From the IMG/VR virus record IMGVR_UViG_3300039239_000009, positions 1-34,033 of that record: DNA of 34,033 nucleotides, one strand, 5' to 3'. The notes under the pieces are model-generated. The model was given only the letters and a program-made list of their open reading frames with translations, was not told the origin of the DNA and did not search any database. The stretch's first letter is position 1. Each line of letters opens with the position of its first letter. The position numbers and the translations under genes were made by a program. This document shows, in pieces, positions 25,737-33,819 of the stretch. Source of the DNA: a virus (lineage: Duplodnaviria > Caudoviricetes).

Positions 25737-26366
25737 TCAGGTCGTACTTGCTACGAGTCTGGGCGAATTCTGCTCATCTTGATTCACATTGTCAAGCGCG
25801 GTGGGCGCAACGTCACCTTCCAGGTCGACCACGATGTCCGCATCCCGCATTTGGATATCGAGACGCTTCAGCGCCGCGCGACGCGCACCTTCCACCAGTA
25901 CGCGGTATGCACTTGCCGGCCGCTGCAGAGCGGAATACGGCAGGTCGAACCTGTCGCAAAGGTCGCGGAGCCGCGGCCTGCCTCGCAGGATGTGCGCCGT
26001 CAGCATGTCCGTCACCTCGCGCTCACGGCTATCCGCGGGCGCTTCCGGATTCAACCACTCCGAGACGTGTCGCGCGCTGGCGGCGCCCGCTTCGCCCGTG
26101 CCGTACTGCGCGTGCAGGATGTGAAAGCCTACCCCCTTGCCCAGCGTGCGCTCCATCACCTTGACGGTGAACACCGCCTGCGCATGCCAGTCGTGCGGGG
26201 TCAGGCCCGACAGCGCCTTGCGCTCGTACTCGACGTCGAAGCGCTCCTGCAGGGCCTCGCAGATCAGCTGCGTCGGGTTCTTCGGCTCGATCGGGTAGGC
26301 CAGCATCAGATACGCCACGGCGATCGCATGTTCGGGGCATGAGAACGTTCCGGCTTCACGGCGCAT
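25737..26366 (-). CDS. Late gene regulator, antiterminator Q-like
   Basis: Last gene of the early-right operon after rusA and before a promoter-terminator pair; GLTPHDWHAQA motif; function assigned from position. Confidence 0.65.
   Translation of the reverse strand: MRREAGTFSCPEHAIAVAYLMLAYPIEPKNPTQLICEALQERFDVEYERKALSGLTPHDWHAQAVFTVKVMERTLGKGVGFHILHAQYGTGEAGAASARHVSEWLNPEAPADSREREVTDMLTAHILRGRPRLRDLCDRFDLPYSALQRPASAYRVLVEGARRAALKRLDIQMRDADIVVDLEGDVAPTALDNVNQDEQNSPRLVASTT
25767..25795 (-). promoter_or_regulatory. pR'-like late promoter inside the 3' end of the Q-like gene
   Basis: TTGACA-17 nt-CAGAAT, about 30 nt upstream of the terminator. Confidence 0.75.
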
Positions 26367-26850
26367 TTTTCTTCACTCCCTGGGCGGGTTCCATGTCGAG
26401 CACGGTCAGCACCACGGCCACGCCCGGCACCAGGCCGTAGATCTTGCGCTTGCTGGCCTGGACGACTTGGGCGTCATCGCGGTAGGCGACGCCGTTGCAA
26501 CCGTCCTTGATAGCCTTCTCGACGTTGTCGGCGTCAGGCTTCACGGTCGGCGCGATCTCGCCGGCGGCCGCACGGCGCTGCCGCACACCGGACCAGGACG
26601 GGGGGATCGGCAGGACAATGTCCAGGTCCATCCGTATAGGCCCGGTATAGGCTTCGCGCCCCGCCATGGCCTGCGCCGCGACCAGCTTGACCAGGCTTTC
26701 ATATGCCACTGTCGCCTCTGGCGTGTAGTGGCGCGTGAAAACGCGGGCGGCCCCTGTCTTGGCGTCGCGACCTATACGCGAGCTGGATTTCGCGCGGCCT
26801 TTTCCTTGCGGTACGCCGGGCACGGTGAAAGCGATTTGTTGCGGCATCAT
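26356..26850 (-). CDS. rusA: RusA-family Holliday junction resolvase
   Basis: VPG.PQGKGR, KPDADNVEKAIKDGCNGVAYRDDAQV catalytic motif. Confidence 0.93.
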   Translation of the reverse strand: MMPQQIAFTVPGVPQGKGRAKSSSRIGRDAKTGAARVFTRHYTPEATVAYESLVKLVAAQAMAGREAYTGPIRMDLDIVLPIPPSWSGVRQRRAAAGEIAPTVKPDADNVEKAIKDGCNGVAYRDDAQVVQASKRKIYGLVPGVAVVLTVLDMEPAQGVKKNAP

Positions 26851-27071
26851 GCTCCCTCGCTGCGCACATCGCGCAGCCATTCGATACGCGCGGCGGTCTT
26901 GGCCGCAGGCGCTGGTTTGTGGTCCCGGCATTCGCGCGGGTATTGCGGGCTGACGAAGGTGCCCGGGCGGTCGGTCATGGCGGCACAGCGGCCGAGGCCC
27001 AGCTGGGCATACTTCGGGGCTTCCCGCAGGGTGAACAGGACGCAGCTGACGCACTGGACGGTGCCGGTCAT
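26847..27071 (-). CDS. Small Cys-rich hypothetical protein
   Basis: CxxC...GRC...REC pattern; ATGA overlaps on both sides. Confidence 0.7.
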   Translation of the reverse strand: MTGTVQCVSCVLFTLREAPKYAQLGLGRCAAMTDRPGTFVSPQYPRECRDHKPAPAAKTAARIEWLRDVRSEGA

Positions 27072-28234
27072 ATGTGCACCCCAAGGTCCGCACGGGCGCG
27101 GGCTTTGTCGGTTTCGCTCAGGTCAGCTGCGGCTATCACCCTGGCCTTGAACGAGGGGAACGGTTCGCCTTGCTCCTGCACGATGCCCAGTTCGGCGCCC
27201 TTCGCTTCCAGGCCCGAGGCAGTGGTAAGCCACGCCAGCGGGTCGGACTTCGAAACAGCCGGGCGTGTGCCGTTGACGGCGCTGGTGGCCTGGGGTGGGT
27301 TCAGCACCTTGACGACGAAGATGTCCAGGAAGCCAGGCGTAATCGGGCCGGCGTCGCCAGAGGCTTCGCGGTCCAGCACGGCCAAGTCATAGGCTTCGGC
27401 CAGCTGCAGGCCGGTGACGCCGGCTTTGATCCAGGCTGCGATCCGCGGGTCATTGCTCTGCGTACCGCGGGGCTGCTTCCCTCGGGCCTGCTCCCTGCGA
27501 CGCAGCCAGACAGCAACCGCCATGGCCAGTTCTTCGGCCGTCTTCTCGCCGTCGAGCGGCGGCGGCGCAGGGTCGCCCTCATGCGCGGGCGTGTGCGCGA
27601 GAGACGCCGCCGCTGCTTCTTTTTCTTTTAAATACTGTCCCTGTCCCTCTCCCTGTCCCTTGGAGTGCGTTTCCCGAGGGACTGCGGGGGGGTGTCCCGC
27701 TGGACTGTCTCCGGTGTCTTTGCGGACCCCCTTCTTTGTCCCGGGGACACCGATAGCTTGTCCTTGGGGACAACCGAGGGACAGCCACTCATCCAGATCA
27801 GGGACAGGCAAGTCTGTCTCGTGCCGTTGGTTGTGCTTCTTAATCCGGGCGCACTCGGTCTTCCAGCGCTGGACCATCTTGGCGCGCCACGCCTCGACGG
27901 CCTTCTCGGCGACGACGGGGTGATACAGGCGGCCGTCGCCGCATTTCACCCAGCCGCGCAGCGCCCCGTCACGGTGGCGCAGCCATTCCTTCGTGACGCG
28001 GCCAAAGCCGGCCAACTGCGCCAGGACATCGTCATCATCGGGAAGGCTGGCGGCCGGCACCTGGTGCCAAGACGCGCACCACAGCAGCACGGCACATCTA
28101 AAGGCCTCGCCATCTGCCTTGACGGCCAGGTCGCTGTCGCGCAACCGCAGGACGTCCAGCGGCATAAAGGCGAAATCGCGGAGGTCGCAGTCCGGCGGGG
28201 TGAGAGGCACAGGCGACTGTTGAAGGTCAGTCAT
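27068..28234 (-). CDS. Replication initiator (DUF1376/YdaU-like, lambda O analogue)
   Basis: FMPLDV.RLRDS, LWCASW.Q.PAASLPDDD..LA and DGRLYHPVVAE motifs; internal iterons. Confidence 0.85.
   Translation of the reverse strand: MTDLQQSPVPLTPPDCDLRDFAFMPLDVLRLRDSDLAVKADGEAFRCAVLLWCASWHQVPAASLPDDDDVLAQLAGFGRVTKEWLRHRDGALRGWVKCGDGRLYHPVVAEKAVEAWRAKMVQRWKTECARIKKHNQRHETDLPVPDLDEWLSLGCPQGQAIGVPGTKKGVRKDTGDSPAGHPPAVPRETHSKGQGEGQGQYLKEKEAAAASLAHTPAHEGDPAPPPLDGEKTAEELAMAVAVWLRRREQARGKQPRGTQSNDPRIAAWIKAGVTGLQLAEAYDLAVLDREASGDAGPITPGFLDIFVVKVLNPPQATSAVNGTRPAVSKSDPLAWLTTASGLEAKGAELGIVQEQGEPFPSFKARVIAAADLSETDKARARADLGVHI
27617..27806. repeat. Replication origin candidate: 22-bp-spaced iterons plus an AT-rich tract
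   Basis: TGTCCC-N1/2-GGGACA-like units at 27670, 27693, 27715, 27737 and 27759; AT-rich stretch at 27617-27635. Confidence 0.75.
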
Positions 28235-28806
28235 GCAGCTTCCCTTTCCTCGAGGCGCGCGTAGGCGTCCCACATTCGCAGGCTGGCCAGGCGCGCGATA
28301 TCCACTGCTGCCGCCGGGCTGATGATTTTCGCGTCGCGGTTGGGGGTGGCCGCGCGTCGAACGCGGGCCTTCACCTGCCCGCCTTCATTCGTCAGCAACA
28401 GCACGCCAGAAGCAGGAGAGCCAAGGCAATCCAGCAATTCGTCCGTCCATATCTCAGCAGGCAGCGCGTAGTAGTGCTTCCAGACTTGGCGGGGCCACTC
28501 CCTCAGTTCGAACTGCTGCGCGTACATGCGGCGGCGGCTCTGGAGCCGGCCGCCCTGGTCCAGCTTCTCAACTGTGCGAGGGTTGCCCACATACTGGCGA
28601 TGCCACCACTTGTCCTTCTTGGCGTCGCCCTTCAGGTCGGCGCGGCTGATTTTGATCTCGACGTCGATGATCCGCAGGTTCTCCGTCACCACCAGCAGGT
28701 CGCATTCGTGGCCAGTCCAATTGCAGTTCGGCACGACAACGAGATACTTCCGGTTAAACGTCTGCCGCGCCAGCGCGCGGGCGATGGAAGTCTCAGACCA
28801 GGTCAT
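28231..28806 (-). CDS. PD-(D/E)xK nuclease-like protein (MmcB-like)
   Basis: ECDLLVV...IDVEIKISRADLKGD..K..W, YYALP, GVL motifs. Confidence 0.7.
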   Translation of the reverse strand: MTWSETSIARALARQTFNRKYLVVVPNCNWTGHECDLLVVTENLRIIDVEIKISRADLKGDAKKDKWWHRQYVGNPRTVEKLDQGGRLQSRRRMYAQQFELREWPRQVWKHYYALPAEIWTDELLDCLGSPASGVLLLTNEGGQVKARVRRAATPNRDAKIISPAAAVDIARLASLRMWDAYARLEEREAA

Positions 28807-29150
28807 GCCACTCCCCTTTCGACGTCCAGCAGCTCCTGCACGACCTCGCCCGACTCCACGAAATACCAATCAGAGTCGGTCAGGTTGTTGATGAGCGCGC
28901 GCGAGAACGCCTCGTTGCCCAGCGCGCGCATGACCGTCAGCGTTCGATTCGATGGGCCGCGCCAGGTGGGGGCTACACCGCACATCTTCGCGGCGGCCAG
29001 GTTGTGGTGGCCGTCCAGCAAGATCCGGTAGCGGCGCCCGCGCATCTCGACTTCCGTCGTGCGCACGACGAAAACTTGGAAGCGGCTGGCCTTCCGCAGC
29101 ACCTTAGCTGCATCCAGGTAGCGCTGGCTGCTGATGAGGGGCGCCGTCAT
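28803..29150 (-). CDS. ParB/Srx-like domain protein
   Basis: ILLDGHHNLAAA motif; ATGA overlaps. Confidence 0.68.
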   Translation of the reverse strand: MTAPLISSQRYLDAAKVLRKASRFQVFVVRTTEVEMRGRRYRILLDGHHNLAAAKMCGVAPTWRGPSNRTLTVMRALGNEAFSRALINNLTDSDWYFVESGEVVQELLDVERGVA

Positions 29151-29584
29151 GCCACCCTCCGCATGGTCACCAGCGGCACCAGATACGAAATCCAGTACAG
29201 GCCGTCGTCCATAGGGCCAACGATCCCCGCTTCGTCGATCGACGGGTCCCAGATGATCTGACCGCCCAGGCCGACCACGCTATGGCCTACCCCCGTCCTA
29301 CTAGTCCCGCCGAGCAGGTAATAGGCGTCGGGGTTCGTCGCTCCCATCGTCATCAAGACCTGATCCAACGGCGCCTGGAAAACCACATTCACCAGTGCCA
29401 GGCCGCGGCTGGCCAGGAATTGACGCTCGGCCGCGTGGAAGGCACCGGGGATGCCATAGAACTCACCAAAGTTCGGCACCTCGTCCCGGGGGATATCCAG
29501 GATGCAGGCGATCGCCGTGCGATGGCAGTCCCCGAATTCGCCCTTTTCAGGGCGATGCCGGAAGGCTTGCTTTTGGAAAATCAT
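29147..29584 (-). CDS. Hypothetical protein, possible papain-like fold
   Basis: GDCHRTAIACIL, GHSVV and WDP give a Cys-His-Asp order. Confidence 0.65.
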   Translation of the reverse strand: MIFQKQAFRHRPEKGEFGDCHRTAIACILDIPRDEVPNFGEFYGIPGAFHAAERQFLASRGLALVNVVFQAPLDQVLMTMGATNPDAYYLLGGTSRTGVGHSVVGLGGQIIWDPSIDEAGIVGPMDDGLYWISYLVPLVTMRRVA

Positions 29585-29586
29585 GT

Positions 29587-29871
29587 TTAGCCCCCAAGCC
29601 GATGGCGCGTGACGCTGCCAATCACCTCTTTCGTGCCGGTCGGCGTCGCTGACGTTTCAGCCGAGGCCTCGCCGGCGGGGAGAAGAAACCGAGGCGGCGC
29701 CGTCTGGCCGGTCTGGCGCATGAAATCCACCTCCACCTTCGCCGTGTTGATGATGGTTTGTGCAACCTCAGAAACCGCCTTGGCTCGGTCAATATCCATC
29801 GGCTTTTCGGGGTCGCGCAATGCGGCCAAAGTCGCAAAAAGGTGGTCACGCAGCGCGTCGATGTTGGCCAT
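29587..29871 (-). CDS. Hypothetical phage protein downstream of the HNH gene
   Basis: LRDHLFATL..L, RAKAVSEVAQTIINTAKVE; fits the operon packing. Confidence 0.75.
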   Translation of the reverse strand: MANIDALRDHLFATLAALRDPEKPMDIDRAKAVSEVAQTIINTAKVEVDFMRQTGQTAPPRFLLPAGEASAETSATPTGTKEVIGSVTRHRLGG

Positions 29872-30490
29872 TGATCTTCCTTTTGAGAGCGCCCTGCAGC
29901 TGGATCACTTCGACCAGCTCGGGGGGCAGGTTGTGTACGGAATTGCGCAGCATCATTTCGCGTTTGGTGCGCAGCTCCAGGTTGTCTAGGGAAACGTTCG
30001 CTTTGTTGCCGTCCTTGAACGCCAGGGCGTGCGCCTTGGGGATCGGACCGTGGACGCGCTCCCATTCGTAGCGATGGACGTAGACCCAGGTCTTGGGCTC
30101 GGCGATCTTGCGTTTGATGTAGCCGTCTGCGTCTGGCACTTCGGTGCCCACCGGCACATGGTTGTGCGGCAGCATGCCCGCCTTAAATCGAGTTTCGTGG
30201 CCACCCGTTGCGACGCCCTTCTTCCCCTTGTTCCAGGGGGCATGCCCCTTCGGAAACTGAAAAGCCGCGCCGACGCGATCGCCGCGGCGAAGCCGGCAAG
30301 CTGCTTCGCTTGCCAGGTATGCGGCGGATTTGGCCAACCCGAGTTTCCGCGCCTGCTGGTAGACCTGAGTCAGGGGCCTGCCCAACGCCGCGCTGATCAC
30401 AATCGTGGGCGCGTCCGGGTAGAACTTGCGCAGCACGGCCCGCTCGATATCGGTCCATGCCCGCCGGATCTGGCCTGGTGCCCCCTTCAT
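29846..30490 (-). CDS. HNH endonuclease-family protein
   Basis: FPKGHAPWNKG, HRYEWE..HGPIP, FKDGNKANVSLDNLEL motifs. Confidence 0.85.
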   Translation of the reverse strand: MKGAPGQIRRAWTDIERAVLRKFYPDAPTIVISAALGRPLTQVYQQARKLGLAKSAAYLASEAACRLRRGDRVGAAFQFPKGHAPWNKGKKGVATGGHETRFKAGMLPHNHVPVGTEVPDADGYIKRKIAEPKTWVYVHRYEWERVHGPIPKAHALAFKDGNKANVSLDNLELRTKREMMLRNSVHNLPPELVEVIQLQGALKRKINGQHRRAA

Positions 30491-31086
30491 GACGGGTCCG
30501 CCTCTTTGGCAGGGATCTGCATCCCCGCGGCTGCCATCTGTCGCTCTACCGTCGCGCGGGCTTGGCGCAGCGCGACGATGGATTCCGAGGTTTCGCGGTG
30601 GGCCTGAATCAATTCCTCTTTGGTCGCTTGGCCGTCGAGCAATGCCGCAAGGGCGGCGCTTGCCTCGGCCTGCTCACGCAAGACGTTGGCCAACTGCCCG
30701 ACGCACAAGGTTTCGGCGCCTTCGGTGGCCAGCGTGCGCACGGCCAAGTTGAGCGGGCGCAAGAGGTCATCGACGCAATGCCGGCGCCGGTCATGAGGCA
30801 TGGCTGCCAGCACCGACGGCAAGAAGTTGGCGGGCAGGAGGTTGCTGTCCTTGCTCTCATCGTCCAGCCAGCGCGAAACACGGTCTGCATTGGCCTTCAT
30901 CCTGGCGAATGCATCCTGCGTGGGCGGTTCAAAGCGAATGCCCGTCACGGCCGGGCCGTTGCGGGCTTCGTGTTCCCGCACAATCGTCTCGACCATCGTC
31001 TCCCGGGACCAGTCCAGCGACTTGCGCCAGGCAGAGGTGTGATCGCGCAGAACTGCGATCAAGGTTTTGTGCGATTCATGTCGCAT
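30487..31086 (-). CDS. CII-like / YmfL-like phage regulatory protein
   Basis: Position downstream of cro; RVSRWLDD..KDSNLLPANF motif; helical C-terminus. Confidence 0.6.
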   Translation of the reverse strand: MRHESHKTLIAVLRDHTSAWRKSLDWSRETMVETIVREHEARNGPAVTGIRFEPPTQDAFARMKANADRVSRWLDDESKDSNLLPANFLPSVLAAMPHDRRRHCVDDLLRPLNLAVRTLATEGAETLCVGQLANVLREQAEASAALAALLDGQATKEELIQAHRETSESIVALRQARATVERQMAAAGMQIPAKEADPS

Positions 31087-31144
31087 GCGTCAAATACTCC
31101 GGGCAGTTACATTCCCACCAGACGAGCAGACCGAGGGGTGCACG

Positions 31145-31339
31145 ATGGGAATGAAGATGGAAGACGGAGCAGCCCAGGCCACGCTGGCGCTGCTGAAACT
31201 GGCCAAGGAAATCGCCGACGCGGTGGTGGGCGATGCGGACCAGGCGACCGTCCGCGCCGTGTTCGACCGGCTGTGTCTGGAAAGCGACACACGGCTCGAC
31301 GTTGAACCCGTGTCCGGGGTGCCGGCAACGTGCCACTGA
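31145..31339 (+). CDS. Small hypothetical protein counter-oriented between cro and the CII-like gene
   Basis: GAGGGG RBS before the ATG; helical 64-aa product filling an intergenic gap. Confidence 0.55.
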   Translation: MGMKMEDGAAQATLALLKLAKEIADAVVGDADQATVRAVFDRLCLESDTRLDVEPVSGVPATCH

Positions 31340-31384
31340 CCCCCATGCCGTGGCGGCCAAGCGCTGCGGTGTCTGGCGAGTTGC

Positions 31385-31615
31385 CTAGGCATGGCTCACC
31401 GCATCTGCCTGGACGAATCGCTCGGGATAGATGATCTGCGTTTCGGTCACCTCGCCGCCGAACACCTGGCACAGCTTTTCGGCCAGATCCTTGGACGGCA
31501 CCTGCTTGCCGCGCTCGATGCGGCTCAGGTTGCCGGGGTCGATGCCGACCGAAGTAGCAACCTGCTGAATGGTCAGGCCGCGCTGCTCGCGCGCCATGCG
31601 CAAAGGAGTGGTCAT
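31385..31615 (-). CDS. cro: Cro-like XRE HTH repressor
   Basis: LRMAREQRGLTIQQVATSVGIDPGNLSRIERG; divergent from cI. Confidence 0.88.
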   Translation of the reverse strand: MTTPLRMAREQRGLTIQQVATSVGIDPGNLSRIERGKQVPSKDLAEKLCQVFGGEVTETQIIYPERFVQADAVSHA

Positions 31616-31634
31616 CGAATCAGTCCATAAATTA

Positions 31635-31695
31635 TGCGTGTGACGCATATTATTAACTTTGCGCAATATGCGCAAGGCGCTTTGCGCCACACGCA
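31635..31695. promoter_or_regulatory. Right operator (OR) with PR and PRM-like promoters
   Basis: TGCG-N5-CGCA sites at 31635 and 31683 and a degenerate site at 31660; minus-strand TTGCGC-17-TAATAT; plus-strand TTGCGC-18-GACAAT. Confidence 0.78.
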
Positions 31696-31717
31696 GTTCG
31701 GACACGACAATCTGGCC

Positions 31718-32377
31718 ATGAACTTGGGTGAGAACATTCGCCGCCGACGCAAGGCGTTGGGCTGGACGATCCTGGAACTTGCGAACCGCATCGGAAGCGA
31801 TGTCGGCAACGTTTCACGCCTCGAGCGAGGCAAGCAAGGCTTTAGCGACGACATGCTGGCCAAGGTCGCGGCCGCGCTGGGCTGCTCAGTGGCTGAGCTT
31901 TTTTCCGGGGAAAGCGATGATTCCAACGTACAAACGGCCGCCATCGGCAGCCGGCGTATTCCCTTGCTGAGCTATGTGCAGGCCGGCGCCCTAACGGAAT
32001 GCGTAGTGCCTTACCCGAGTTCCCCACCTGACGACTGGCTGCTGACAGATCTGGACCTTTCGCGTACCGCTTTCGCCCTGCGAATCAAAGGGCTCTCGAT
32101 GTATAGCCCGACCAACGAAGAATCGTTCAATGAGGGCGACATCGTTGTCATAGACCCCGAAGTCGAACCGCTGCCGGGTGACTTCGTCGTCGCCAAGAAC
32201 GGCGAACACGAGGCCACGTTCAAGAAGTATCGGCCCCGGGGCGTTACCGAACGCGGCGCTGTCGTGTTCGAACTTGTCCCCCTCAACCCGGATTACCCCT
32301 CGCTTCGATCAGACATATCGGCTATCCAGATCATCGGCACGATGGTCGAGCACCGCCGGTACAGAAAGCGCCGTTAA
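31718..32377 (+). CDS. cI: CI-type repressor (HTH plus S24 peptidase)
   Basis: N-terminal HTH, VQAG cleavage site, GLSM serine, TFKK lysine, LNPDY. Confidence 0.95.
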   Translation: MNLGENIRRRRKALGWTILELANRIGSDVGNVSRLERGKQGFSDDMLAKVAAALGCSVAELFSGESDDSNVQTAAIGSRRIPLLSYVQAGALTECVVPYPSSPPDDWLLTDLDLSRTAFALRIKGLSMYSPTNEESFNEGDIVVIDPEVEPLPGDFVVAKNGEHEATFKKYRPRGVTERGAVVFELVPLNPDYPSLRSDISAIQIIGTMVEHRRYRKRR

Positions 32378-32427
32378 CGCGTCAAAGACCGTCCAGGCGC
32401 CACCAGGCGCACTCCCCCGCATAAGAC

Positions 32428-32452
32428 ACCGCCGCACCCGGCGGTTTTTTTT
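32428..32452 (+). terminator. Intrinsic terminator after cI
   Basis: ACCGCCG-CACC-CGGCGGT followed by a T run. Confidence 0.85.
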
Positions 32453-32468
32453 CGCCCGCACGCGAATA

Positions 32469-32527
32469 TGCGCTTGACGCATTTCTGAATTTGCGTATCA
32501 TGCACTTCTACATATGCGTAACACGCA
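32469..32527 (+). promoter_or_regulatory. Left operator (OL1-3) overlapping a PL-like promoter
   Basis: TGCGCTTGACGCA (32469), TGCGTATCATGCA (32492), TGCGTAACACGCA (32515) at 23-bp spacing; TTGACG-16-TATCAT. Confidence 0.82.
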
Positions 32528-32542
32528 AATTTAGAGGTTGCC

Positions 32543-32920
32543 ATGCAAGCCCCTTACACCGCCCCGACTTTCGACCTTCGCGACGATGCGTCCCGCGTTG
32601 CGGATCACGGCCACCTGGCCCGCGAAGCAGTCGTCAGCATTCCAGAGATCCAGGACGACCAGGTCATCGGGATTCTGTTCGACCTGTTCGCCGGCCGTAG
32701 CAGTAGCGCCTTCGGCGAGGGCCTCGACTGGTGGGCCGAAACCCTGCAGTGCGATCTAGCCCCGGAAGCCGCATTAGGCGTAGCTCTCGTCGCCCTTAGC
32801 AAATGGCCCTTCGACCACCGCGCCGGCGCGTCTGGCGTGAAGGCCCTGCAGGAGCAGCTGCTGCAGCGCGCGCGCCTGCTGATTGAACGCGCCGCCGGCG
32901 CCGATCGGGGGGCCGCTTGA
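32543..32920 (+). CDS. Hypothetical protein, first gene of the early-left operon
   Basis: AGAGG RBS; 125-aa ORF downstream of PL. Confidence 0.78.
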   Translation: MQAPYTAPTFDLRDDASRVADHGHLAREAVVSIPEIQDDQVIGILFDLFAGRSSSAFGEGLDWWAETLQCDLAPEAALGVALVALSKWPFDHRAGASGVKALQEQLLQRARLLIERAAGADRGAA

Positions 32921-33006
32921 TGCTCGGCTTCTTCATCGTAGGCCTGTTGGCCGTTGGCGCCGCCGTGCGCGACGCAATGGCCGCACGTCGGAAGGCGCGC
33001 AAATGA
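32920..33006 (+). CDS. Very small membrane peptide (28 aa)
   Basis: MLGFFIVGLLAVGAAVRDAMAARRKARK; TGATG and ATGA coupling to its neighbours. Confidence 0.55.
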   Translation: MLGFFIVGLLAVGAAVRDAMAARRKARK

Positions 33007-33110
33007 TCGCCGCCCTCTACCTGATCCCCGTTGCGTACGCCATGGCCCGCGCCATCGACGCGTTCGCAGCCTATCGCCGTCGCACCGACCCCTGGAGGGC
33101 ACAAGCATGA
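33003..33110 (+). CDS. Very small hydrophobic peptide (35 aa)
   Basis: MIAALYLIPVAYAMARAIDAF...; ATGA overlaps on both sides. Confidence 0.55.
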   Translation: MIAALYLIPVAYAMARAIDAFAAYRRRTDPWRAQA

Positions 33111-33610
33111 CCGTTTCCGTCCTCGGCGTGGACCCGCGCAGCCGGAGCAAGACCAAGCTGCGGGCACCCGCCCCTCTCCCCCATGTCTCGCGCCGCGCCC
33201 TGGCGCGCGTGCGTGATCGCATCGAGCCGCCGAAGGCCTGCCATTGCTGCGGCGGCCCGGTGAAGCTGACCAACAACAGCGAAATCTACAACGGGCACTC
33301 CTTCGGCGACTGGCCCTTCGTGTATCGCTGCACGCAATGCCAAGCCTACGTGGGACTGCATCCGGACACAGATCTGCCGCTGGGCATCATGGCCGATCGC
33401 GCGACCGTCGCGGCGCGCAAGGAGGCAAAGGTCGACTTTCAACGGCTGACCGCCGCGCGCTTCGGCTATGACCGCAGCGCCGCCTACGTCTGGCTGGCGC
33501 AGGCGCTGGGCATCGCCAAGTCGATCTGCCACTTCGCCATGTTCACCGAAGACCAGGCCCAACGCGCCGGCGAAGTCTGCCGCCTCGAACTCGGGAGCCG
33601 CCGCGTATGA
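33107..33610 (+). CDS. Zinc-finger protein (DUF3268-like)
   Basis: CHCC...YRCTQCQAYVGLHP.T..PLG, AY.WLA..LG....CH..MF motifs; GGAGG RBS. Confidence 0.82.
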   Translation: MTVSVLGVDPRSRSKTKLRAPAPLPHVSRRALARVRDRIEPPKACHCCGGPVKLTNNSEIYNGHSFGDWPFVYRCTQCQAYVGLHPDTDLPLGIMADRATVAARKEAKVDFQRLTAARFGYDRSAAYVWLAQALGIAKSICHFAMFTEDQAQRAGEVCRLELGSRRV

Positions 33611-33819
33611 CCGCCGCCACTCTCTGGGTCCTTCTGGCCTTCCTGCCCGCCACCCACAACCGCCCGCCGGTCATGGTCATTGAGCGGTTCACGACCCAAG
33701 CCGAATGCCTCGACGTGCTGGCGGTTTTCCCGTTCGGCACCCGCGTCGATTTCACCTGCATGCCCAGCCGGCAGATTCGCGCCGGCGCCGCGCCCACCCT
33801 GGAGAACCGCCCGCTATGA
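33607..33819 (+). CDS. Small hypothetical protein with hydrophobic N-terminus and two Cys
   Basis: ATGA overlaps; F.TQAEC...CMP pattern. Confidence 0.65.
   Translation: MTAATLWVLLAFLPATHNRPPVMVIERFTTQAECLDVLAVFPFGTRVDFTCMPSRQIRAGAAPTLENRPL

Noticed and set aside
25396-25737. 113-aa minus-strand ORF and the 77/94-aa plus-strand ORFs as proteins
   Set aside because: The 113-aa ORF starts at the terminator hairpin, none has a recognisable motif, and the sequence is better explained by RNA structure
22372-25737. Lysis cassette at the usual lambdoid position after Q
   Set aside because: No holin, endolysin or spanin features here; the lysis genes are presumably outside the window
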